Of a DNA stretch of 64,000 nt, positions 1-10,876 are shown piece by piece. A program made the position numbers and the translations under genes. How positions within the stretch are numbered: position 1 is the stretch's first letter; each line of letters begins with the position of its first letter. Source of the stretch: Bugula neritina (taxonomy: Eukaryota > Animalia > Bryozoa); contig OZ037770.1 of assembly GCA_964035545.1 (NCBI GenBank), positions 5,528,729 through 5,592,728 of the forward strand, written 5' to 3'. The notes beneath the pieces were generated by a model that was given only the letters and a program-made list of their open reading frames with translations, had not been told where the DNA came from and did no database searches.

Positions 1-410
1 AGTAGTAGCAGCAGTAGTAGAAGTAGTAGCAGCAGCAGTAGCAGCAGCAGTAGTAGTAGCAGTAGCAGTAGTAGAAGTAGTAGCAGCAGCAGTAGTAGAA
101 GTAGTAGCAGCAGCAGTAGCAGCAGTAGTAGTAGCAGTAGTAGAAGTAGAAGTAGTAGCAGCAGTAGTAGTAGTAGCAGTAGCAGTAGTAGAAGTAGTAG
201 CAGCAGCAGTAGCAGCAGCAGCAGTAGTAGTAGCAGTAGTAGAAGTAGTAGCAGCAGCAGTAGCAGTAGTAGTAGCAGTAGTAGAAGTAGTAGCAGCAGC
301 AGTAGTAGCAGTAGTAGTAGTAGTAGCAGCAGTAGTAGTAGTAGTAGTAGTAGTAGCAGTAGTAGTAGTAGCAGTAGTAGTAGTAGCAGTAGCAGTAGTA
401 GTAGTAGAAG
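1..410. repeat. (AGT/AGC)n imperfect trinucleotide microsatellite
   Basis: Mixed AGT/AGC/AGA triplet run from the window start, followed by a short (AAT)n. Confidence 0.95.
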
Positions 411-1672
411 TAATAATAATAAAATAATAACATTATTAGTAGTAGTGGTGAAGTTGCTTTTGGTTCTGACGTTAGTACTGTTAGTGGTAGAGATGGTGTT
501 GGTAGAAATAGGATTAGTGGTTGTGCACTCATAGTTGAAGGCATAAAGCATAAACCAGAATTGAATACATATATAACATAGATATGATATGACTTCTTAT
601 TTATATTGATTTACTATCTTGCATGAACATGGCATTTTCGCTATCAACATTAGTGTTTGTATTATATACTTTCACTAAACAAGCTTGTTAAATTTATAAA
701 AAATTATGTAGGTGATGACTTTTGCATATCTGTGTTTAATTTTAAAAATATCATGTTGCATAATTATTTTTTAGGTGTCTGGTGAGCGGACGACTTCATT
801 TTCGGCTGCTTCATGGCACCTTTATTTTCGGAAAAGATGTAACCACTTGTAAAATCAGTTTTTTTGTGGTGAACTAAACAATATAATGTTTAACAAAATT
901 CTTTTTTGGTTAAAAATAAAGGTATACTGTCTTTGGCTTTCTGTTATTTCTATATTGTGTTCTTCTGTTGCTATGTGTAATTGATGAGATGACTCCAAAC
1001 TCTTGCACATCCGCCACAATAAAGTTGATAATTTTGCTATGTGCATCAAGATTTTGTTATAAGTAGATATAGTTTTGCAATGATAGTGTTGATGCTGCAG
1101 CAGGTAACATTCTAATAGGATAAACCAAACAGAATTTAAGCTAAAACATTCTAAAAAAAATACAGCATTGCTTGAGCCACCTTGCCTTCTCTTTTTTCTA
1201 GACAAAAGTTGTTAGCTAAATAAGGAAAAGACAAATTAATGATTTCTGTGAGAGTTGTCTACTACAAAAATTACGTAGCAGATCATCATTAGTAACCATA
1301 ACAACACGTACATGTTTACAGCACTCATGTGCTCTCTTTGTTCTGATTCGTCAACAGTCGCGCCCTAGACAGTCGATGCTATCTTACGAAAATATATTGT
1401 TTATTGCGGCTAATATCGCGAAATGGCAAAATGAGGATCGACCCTGACAGTCGTAAAAGCCATGCGATGCACTGACGTCTCTACCTTTCTGGCACTGTGA
1501 TTACTCTGTGCATCTTCTACATTATACTATTGCACTATCCAACTAACATCGTCAGGAATAGTTTATAATTTCAGTTTTATATTATATATGTGTACTGTAT
1601 TGCTATACAGTTAACTATTTCCTGTATACTATAGTGTTTCTAGAACATATCTGGAACATTTGTGTACTGTAG

Positions 1673-4600
1673 GCATTATCTGCAGCTGCCAACTACTGCG
1701 GCACACAAGTATCACACTGCAGATTCCACCTTAACTAAGCGACCTCTCATCACCAGGACGTACAATGTGTCTCCACCAGGTGAGTTCAACTGTAACATAT
1801 CTTTATGTACCCAAGTGAAACTCTCTCCTCTGCTAGTTCCTGCATTTCCATTGCTTAACGCATTTTACGAATAAATGTTTCTTGGGAAGATTTGCATTGA
1901 CTAAAACCACAACCATGAATGAATGCAAACTACAACCACAAACCTATGTGTACAAATCTATGCAAATCCATTTGAAGCAATGGAAATACAGTGCCTGAAG
2001 AATCAGTTATTAGGATCATCAGTCAATTTATTTGGGGAGTTTTCTTTCTCTTTCAGTTCACATTTTCAACATCATGTGATATGTTAGGAAATCTGAACCT
2101 ACATTTGGATTTTCAGGCTATTAGTTACCCGCAAAAATTGAAATTGTTGCGGTGAGAAGAATTTTAAGTAGTTGTCAAGGCTGTGTCTGTTTGATACGAT
2201 TAGGTTCTGTAATAAATATGAAGTTTCTGCTATTCCAGCAGTCCTCTTAGAACAGTTTCCATCAACTGATCAGATGTGGGTGGGGCTGAGGTTGGTGCAG
2301 ACCTTCCTACTCCCGCTGTCCGGAGTTTGTAGAGAAATCCTGTCTTTTTCGAGCTGTTTCCTTTAACTCAACTTGGAGGGTAAATGTATTCTCATATTCT
2401 TCTTTCGTATTTTAGAAAGAGGAAATACCAGACTCGCTCCTGCCGTAGCCAATAAGATTAGAAATATTGTCTCCTCTGGTATACACCATGTGACTACTGT
2501 CAGGAAGATGCTGAGGTGAGCAAACAGTTCTCAAGACAGAATCATGTCTGTCAATAAAATAAGTCTGTATTAGTTTTTTTGTCTTACGTGATTGACTGTT
2601 ATACGACTGCGGCTCAAACTGCTTATAGTATAGTCATGTGGCTCTAAACCTGATAAAATATAACCACTGATACCTCAGCATGAAATCTTGCCATCAAGTT
2701 CTCCATAAACTTTATGAACGCTTTCTATCAGTATTAGGGATACAACTTAGTCTCAGAAATACTTCTAGTAGAATAATTTGCAGGAAACTTTGTATTATAA
2801 AAATTTGAGTGTTGTTGGTTTTTGTCACAATTGTTTTAACCATGTTTGTTGTGTTTCACTTTGCAAATGTCTTACCGTTCAGTTGTCTGATGACGTTAGA
2901 CTATTTTAGAAGTGTTAAAAAGCTAGACGCTACTTACCACCTTTATAGCCTACTATCTATATGATCAAAAAATCAAAGCTGCTGAGCCACTCTCATACCA
3001 CCTGATATTCTCATACAGGAAATACGTGGAGAAAGAATTGTTCAGTAATGAGGAGCCTCCAGTCAGACATGACTTGAGTTTCTTCCCGACTGTCAGCGAT
3101 CTGAAGAATCATATCCACACAGCTCTCCGTGATATTGATAGTGGCGTGCTGCCTCTCAAAGAGGTACTGCTGTACGTGTGGTGTTGTTTGTAAACTTGTA
3201 AAAGTTTCTGTGATTGGAAAGTAATTAATATGATCTCTCATGATTGGCTACTTTTTTATACTATTTCATGCATGTTCACCTTGTGCCGTCCTGCGATTGG
3301 AACAGAAATAATAAACCTCCTGTGATTGGCAATTAGGTTGGAAGATTTCTTGTGGTTGGCTGGTGGTGCTGTGTCAACGCTACTGTTTAGACAACATGTG
3401 ACTTCAACAATCTGCACTTGCTGGCAAATTAGCACCAATGAGCAATTCTGTTTTTTGAAGTTGTTTTTATGTGCACACATAGTAACTATGTATATAAATT
3501 ACTTTGTAGGGCAGTGTGGATACTTTAGCATTAGAGCAGGATCGAGTATGGACTGAAGACTGGGCGTCACATATAGGCCCCCATCTAGAAACTGTGACAG
3601 TAACACTCGCTCGTGAAGGTCAAGAGTCAGGTTAGTACCAATCAGTCACTTGATTTCTTTTTCCCAGGTCACATGATCGCTCTCTACCAGATCACATGAT
3701 CTCTCTCTCCCAGGTCACATAATCTAAAGGGTGAAGACACAGCTGTCAGATGGCAGCATCCACACCAGCTCAGCCCTGACTCCTGAGACAGCAGCTCTGT
3801 TAGCCAGACTCAACTCTAATATGTTACACAACAGCATACAGGATACTGGAGAGACGGTAGTTGAGGTTGCAATTGACAAGTCAGAAGACGGGGATGTGGA
3901 GGAAACCCCCCAACAAGTATCTGGTAATTATCTTAGAGAATATATTCAAAATTGGTTTTGGTTTACTGCATTACATTATCTGCTGGTCTGATATTACTTC
4001 TTCTTCCTACTGTTTATATCTTCACCACTTTATCAGTTATTTGAATATATATATATATATATAACACATCCATCAACTTGTTCCTTTAACAGTTAAGAAA
4101 GTATTTATAGTGATTTCCTATGTTTGCGATGTCAATTTACAATCAAGAGTTGTGCCCCATTTGCAGGTACATGCTTCAACTGAAATTTACAATTTGACTG
4201 TTTTACATTTAATATGCAACAATGCTATACACCTTTTCAATTTGGTGGTAGACATATTGCTGATGCCAGGCTTAAATTAGCATTTCAAAAACTACTTCAA
4301 AAAACAGGATAACATTTGAAAAATAAACCTCAAAGCATATATTTTTGGTTTTGGCTATTGAGCAATGCTAAAGTAGCAGCTAGGATACAAATCCCGTTAT
4401 TCACTAAAAGAGCTAGTCTATAGTGTAGTTGCAATTTCTCATTGCAGTAAAACTGTAAGAGTTTTAAGGCCTGGCCTTTCAATCGTGAGAATCAAACGAA
4501 ATCGTGTGACAATTTTTGTGAGTTATCCTCTTGTTATGACGAGCCACGCACTCTCGTCGGACAAAACACATAATAAATAGTCCGTGAATGAGTCTTGCGA

Positions 4601-5518
4601 AAGGTGAAAACAGCAGAAAATTGCTAAATAGAGAAAAGCGGTAGAAATGAAATAATTACTGTTGCTAAAATGCTATTGAACAATCAAGTGGTACTTATCG
4701 TCGATTGTGATCTTTCGTCCATAGTCATCGGTGTGTAAACCCAATGAGGACGATTTCGTTTGAATTCCCTCAGATTTACTCGTACGGATGTTTTTGTGTC
4801 AAATAGACGATATCGTGTGATTCTCACGATCGTGAGGCCAGGCCTTTAGTGAGACTGCTCCCTGATATTAAGGTTGAAGTATGTAACTCCTAAAGAGACA
4901 CAACTGTTATTAGTAGATCATGAACTAGGAAATATTTATGTATTATTACTTTAGATGGCAGCGTAGCCCACATCTCTCCAGCTGAATTTAGTGAAATGGA
5001 GGAGGTTCATGAGCCTGCCCTTCCTACTGAAGGTGTTCAATTTGACCTTGGACTACATTATCCGCCTCAAGTTTCAGGTATGGTAAGATATATATCAGCC
5101 TCTGATGTAATTCTATGTGTACAGTACATATGATACTGTGTATACAATATATATGATACTAAGTATACATTATATATGATACTAAGTATACAGTATATAT
5201 GATACTAAGTATACAATATATATGATACTCAGTATACAGTATATATGATACTAAGTATACAGTATATATGGTACTAAGTATACAGTATATATGATACTAA
5301 GTATACATTATATATGATACTAAGTATATAGTATATATGGTACTAAGTATACAGTATATATGATACTAAGTATATAGTATATATGATACTAAGTATATAG
5401 TATATATGATACTAAGTATACTCTATCTATATTATATACATATCATATTGTAAAGTACATCTCACACTGTAATATCTACTCATACTCTCTTGCAGAAGTA
5501 TCTCTGGAAGGTGACTGA
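1673..5518 (+). CDS. CARF: Calcium-responsive transcription factor (CaRF/ALS2CR8) homologue, 3' part; 5' exons not found in the window; in-frame TAA at 3725-3727
   Basis: Phase-consistent GT-AG exons: 1673-1779, 2416-2515, 3019-3163, 3510-3630, 3714-3923, 4955-5077, 5496-5518 (TGA). The translation HYLQLPTTAAHKYH...[65 protein letters not shown] matches the CaRF motifs as I recall them (YVQLPTQQAHQYH...RLHPQVAHKIQELVSQGI...VRKQLRKFVERELF...RHNLSFFPTVNDIKNHIH). Confidence 0.85.
4467..4845. mobile_element. MITE, PIF/Harbinger (Tourist-like), in a CARF intron
   Basis: Imperfect TIRs of about 40 bp (AGGCCTGGCCTTTCAATCGTGAGAATC... / ...GATTCTCACGATCGTGAGGCCAGGCCT) flanked by TTA on both sides (4464-4466, 4846-4848). 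No coding capacity. Confidence 0.85.
5120..5420. repeat. 23-bp minisatellite (ATATATGATACTAAGTATACAGT)n
   Basis: About 13 tandem copies in the last CARF intron. Confidence 0.9.
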
Positions 5519-5808
5519 TAGAGTTACATAATATAAAATGTTATATAACATACAGTTTGACACTCTTGTAACATATATACATCGTATGACAGACACCGAG
5601 TGTTGTTGACATCACCTTTACACCGTCCACTGCAGCATTAGCTCTTAGTTTGTAGTTAGAAGTTTTTTTTTGTAAAACTTATCTGATAGTTTTGAAACTA
5701 GTTGACTTTCACCTGATAGTTAAAAGTATGTATATATTCGTTGTATTAATTCTTATGATAAAATTAATACATAATGCACAAATTTCCTTGTTTTTTGTAT
5801 TTTATTTT

Positions 5809-5814
5809 AATAAA
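5809..5814 (+). promoter_or_regulatory. Candidate polyadenylation signal of CARF
   Basis: AATAAA about 290 nt downstream of the CARF stop. The AT-rich background makes this weak evidence. Confidence 0.4.
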
Positions 5815-7767
5815 ACTAATTTGAAATGTAGATCCTCACTTTCATTCCTTCTATCAGCTCAATAACATCACATAATAGCTATATGTTAAGGACTTGATTA
5901 GTTAATAAAAAAGTTGGCATAGTTTTCCACTTCTTCAGCTGTGACAACATAGTAATGTCATATACCAGTATTCTTGAGCTCTTTAGTCTTTCAGCAGCTA
6001 GCAAGAAATAAGTTTCATGTTTGCGCTGAGCATTCATATAACAAGAAGCCAGTATGAAGGTCACAATTCAACTCTTCAGCTTGTGGCCCACCATTGCATC
6101 AGATGTTTGCAAAGTTTTACATTTTGTAGCCATTAATTATGATGGATAAATTATGAAGTTTAGCACAAGTACCTAAATATCATTCTTAATCAAACATAAC
6201 ATGAATTTAGCATATTAAATGTGAAAAATTCTCATAAACCTATATAAAAATTGTAAGAGTTGTTTTTCAAATAAAAACAAACATTCACTTATAAAGATGC
6301 ATCTACATAGAGGCAGACATTTCAAAGCTATGGTGGGTATGACATTGTAAGGGTTGTGCCCCTGTCTATATCAAAGGGACAACTTTATGCCAAGAGAGGA
6401 CAAATCCAGCTTTCTTCTACCTGATTACAAATTATGGCACGATGCATATGTTTGCAGCAGATCGACTGTTGCGTTATTGATAACCGCAATAGCTAATCAG
6501 CTGAGTCCGTATCTTTTACGCTGCAGGCTATGACTAGTAATGTATTGGGATGAGAGCTATTGACAATTAGTTAGGAGGCTACACACTTGAGGAGCAGCAG
6601 TTGAATAGTAGTCGTGGATTAGTTAGGTTGTGTTTCTACTATTATATAACTATGCAACGTTTATCTTTGTGTGTAGTTAGCTCACTTGTGTATTATTCAC
6701 ATAAATAAACTCATTTATACTCCAAGTCTGCAGCATTACTTTAGTTATAAGTTTCCACATAAAGTGAAACACAATTTAACAACAATATTAACAAGCACAC
6801 CACCAGTTGATCAATCAGCTCCACTACCTCTAACTCCTGCTGGTCAACATGTCACTAGAATCAGAACAGATCAACTTATTGATATGGAGAATTCAGCTGA
6901 AATATAGATTGAAATATGCTGTCTAGCAAATGTAACAAAAATTTTTATCATGATATAATCTTTTTGGCCATGTGCTCCCATCTTATTCTGTTATATGTTT
7001 ATTATATGAAAAATCGTGTTAACACCAGCTGATTGGCTTTTCAACTTTTGCTGACAAGCCACACACGTTAGAAATATATAAGAAACGTGTTTATGGAAAA
7101 TTGACGTTTTAAGATTTCATATGGATCATATGACATCTTGATTGGATTTTAACAGATGCAAGTTCAATAATTTTCTACCATGTGCAGTTTACTATCTGTT
7201 TAGTAACTTAGTGAAGATTGCTAAATGATGCAAGCTATAAAGTAAGTTCCTCATGCAGATATTCTCGTTACCACAGTGAGACATTGAAGTCTACAATAGC
7301 ATTGCATATGTTGAGCTATTAATTGACACACCACATGCAGGCCTATACAGAAAAAAATCAAATGTAATGAAATGCTTAATTTCCCTCTATTTAGTACTCA
7401 TGTACCAACAACTTGAGATAAAACATTTACAAGGATCAAGGTTTATATTCCTCTACTATTCGGGGTATTTTTATGCGTTGGAAATGTTAAACGTATTTGC
7501 TGAGTTTGTTGTTTTGACTAAAGGTCAGATTCAAATAAATTATTACCAAATAATTTAATCTAGGTTACATAAAATACGGTTTACTATGTGAGATTAATTC
7601 TTTTGAGATTAAATATGTTTGTTTTTAGGTATAACTTAAAAATATGTTTTACAGCTGAAAAATCTTCCATCGTCATGTCACATTTACTACCAGATTGCCT
7701 TCCTATGAGTGAAACTACTAAAACTCATACAAAAATTGACTTTCAAAAATGTGTAGCTTAAATAAAA

Positions 7768-7773
7768 TTTATT
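7768..7773 (-). promoter_or_regulatory. Candidate polyadenylation signal of the LRR-Roc-COR-caspase gene
   Basis: AATAAA on - about 500 nt after the stop codon at 8276. Confidence 0.35.
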
Positions 7774-8275
7774 GAAGAAATATGAATTAAAACTTGAATA
7801 AAAAGCCAGCAAAATATGTAATATTAATGCATGTAAATAATATTATTATAAATTTTTAATTGAATAAAGCAAGTGCAAAGCTGAACATTGTCAAAGCTTT
7901 ATAGTGCATAAAAGAAGCAGTGAAAAAACCTGTCAGTACAAAGTAATTAAAGCACACTCAACAACAAATTAACCAATATATAAATCAGTATGATATACTA
8001 GTTCGCAACAGTACAAGATATATAAATAGTAGATAAATAATCCACCAGATAGACAGCCTTAGCAACTGTCAGATTAACATAAACATATAATTATAGAGAA
8101 GTATGTATAAGAGTGGAAATCCTTTGTCAATTAAACTAATAGAATATCTATTCCTGATTATTTAACTTAAACTAATTGTTGGTTTAATTCAGCAGACCAT
8201 GCTGGATACCCAAAGAGGGCAAATGCTATGAGTTACATCATGTGCTAAATTTTAGGATTGATCCTCTTTAGTGGC

Positions 8276-10876
8276 TTAGGGTTTTTCCTCTTCATCCAAC
8301 CCATCAAAGCTAGGAAACAGGTAAAGTCTTTTACGGGGAGGAAGAGTCTTCCAGATTACAACCAAATTTCTGCTGCTCTCTGAATCTTCATCTGCATATA
8401 GTTTCTTCACTAATTTAGTCTGTACCTGTAGAGTAAGTAATGACTAGTAAGATTGTGTACCAATTTACTACCAGATGAGATAAATATTTACAACTCTTAG
8501 CTGCTGGAATATATATACCATCTTATTTGTATCAAATCTAAGCAGTAAAATCTTGAGAGTTGTCTGCTACAGTTAAAAATATAAGGTATATCATTGCAGT
8601 AAAACTAAGACAGTCTGTTGAAAATATCAATCAAAAATATGAATAATAAACAGCTGAAATAATAGAAATATAAAACCAGATTATTCAGCAAAATTATCAT
8701 TCTAGACTTACCTGCTTGAAAATGGTGTAGAGATCACGGTGACAGGCATGTTTGTAGATTGAAGCTACTAGAGCTCTAATCATGGGAGATCCATATTCAG
8801 GATGTCTCTTTGATGCTACAATAAAATTAAATGCAGCCAGAATTATGGTGTAATGAAAGCAAGCTCAGTATTTTAAAAAGTGTTTCTTTGATATACTTTT
8901 TAAAGACAAGTTTACAAGATTGGATTAAGAAGAGGCAATTTCCTAAATAACTGCAACTGCGCACATGTAAAACTAGCCAACAACTATTTAGTATACGTAC
9001 TGCAGACGTTACTCTTTAAAACAAGAAGATTATCAACATCTAGTCTGGTCCACCGCTCTTCTATTCTAGGTGCTGGTGGTAAGACAGGTCTGATGGGTCT
9101 TATTACACTGGGTGTTTCAGGATATACAATATCATCATCAGATTCAGAATGTGTAGATGAGACAGCTTCAGTTTCTTTTTCTTGAGCTGCTGCAATACCA
9201 GATCTGTCTGGATTCACATCAATGTTTGCTGCAACAAAAATTTTTTTAAGCTTGCATCTTGAGTAAAAAAGGAATTCAATCAATACAGAGAGAGCTTTTC
9301 AAAGATCTTTGTTCTACTTCCACAACTCGACTAAAAATAAAAATTTTCTATAAAACGCTGTAATTACCTCCACTGCAAGCTTCTAGGATGACAACTGTAG
9401 GTTTACGCTTTAGACTTAGAGGAGCGAGTAAATCGTACAAGTCTGTAAGATTGACCTTCTCAAGGTCAGTTCCGTAGATGCAGTTATCTTCTTCACCGTG
9501 ACTCATGACAACCAGCATGTGACAGCCCAAGCCGTTGTTTCTTTCATTTTTTATCTCGGACTTCACAGCAGACAGCATTTCCTACATTATTTTTATAAAA
9601 TGTTATTATATTGTAATGGATTTCAGATTATGTTATTATCGAAAGGATAACTCTTTGTGGCTTACTCTCTATACGCTTGGCATAATGGCTATAAGTACTG
9701 GAGATCAATTATCATAATAGCTGACAATTGGAATGCGTACAATCTGCTGGACAATTATTGCTAGCTACTAATGCACGCAGTTAAACAAGGCAAGACTAGT
9801 TAAATGGAATCAACAACTGTAGGAGGCGTAGATGGTTTGCACTGACAGTTAGCTGCTTAGTAGCAGATGCTAGTGTTATGCTTATGGTGATGGAGTTAAT
9901 TAGTAGCGACAGAGACGACTTGGCGTAGACGGTTACCCGACAATATCTTACAGTCGACAGTGGCACCACTAACGCTAGCCAATCAGGACAGTAACACTAA
10001 TTGATAGCAGGTGGAGCTAGCTACTCGTAGTTGCAGTGCGCTGAGTAGCTAGCCGGCAGAGCAGCTTGGGACTTCATTTAGAACAGTTGTGTATTAAAGC
10101 TCACTAATTATGTAATCGTTTTCTATTCATGCTAGCAGTAAATAACCTTCTTGTATTTGTGTAAATAATAAAGTATCTTATCGTAAACAACCTGTCGCAG
10201 TGGCTTTGTTTAAGTAGACCCACACATAATAATAGTGAACTGGCAAAATTCACTACAATATCTCTATAAATTGCTGCATTTTCTATATAATCCTGGCCCA
10301 TCAGCCATTTATAGCATAACTGCAACTTGACAATATTAGGAGGTTGCTAAATTTTGTTTCAATAGTAATAGGTATTTCAGTTGAAAAGCTAATACGTCAG
10401 CCAAGTTGAGCTGTGTAAGTAATAATAATCATACAGGTTAATGAGAGCTATCACTTAAATCAGTATGACTATTGATAACTATAAATATTGACTCACAAGC
10501 AAGTATGCCAAGATGTGCACCCATTTTAGCAAACCTTAAGTAATATTAGAACAGTGTGTAAGTTGAGCAAATACTGAAGAAAAAGCTTGACCATAAAAGT
10601 TTGAATACAGTTTCACACAAAAAGAATTTTAACTTCTTCAAAGAAATAGCATGCTACCATGTTTATAGTTCACTACTATTGCTGTATCATTCTAAAATAT
10701 TATACCTCTGCCTTTAGGTCTGTGTGTGTCTCAACATCAAACTTGAGAGATTTCAACATGGCAGACATATTCTCAACATCAGCATCTGAACCTTTCCTGC
10801 ATAAGTCTGGTCTTTTAGCAAAATGTTTGTTGTTTATGATCAGAGCTCTTCCTCTGTTTCTGGTCATACTGAACAC
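8276..10876 (-). CDS. Caspase catalytic domain (p20, linker, p10) exons of the ROCO-caspase gene
   Basis: Five exons: 10876-10706, 9581-9368, 9228-9001, 8815-8712, 8425-8276. Catalytic His in SHG (9495-9503) and Cys in EACSG (9369-9383). Both S1 arginine equivalents are present (CRKGS, SKRH). Confidence 0.9.

Noticed and set aside
775-838. Possible upstream CARF exon (TTAG|GTGTCTGGTGAGCGG...|GTAACC)
   Set aside because: No frame resembles the CaRF sequence expected before YxQLPT, and the donor is weak.
2172-2380. ORF or possible extra CARF exon
   Set aside because: The frame reached from the 1779 donor hits a stop before any plausible donor, and exons 1673-1779 and 2416-2515 join cleanly without it.
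6346-6759. Possible solo LTRs (also about 9612-10226 and 33794-34045) with TG starts and AATAAA-like signals near the end
   Set aside because: No target-site duplications, and no convincing alignment between the copies by eye. Needs a repeat library.
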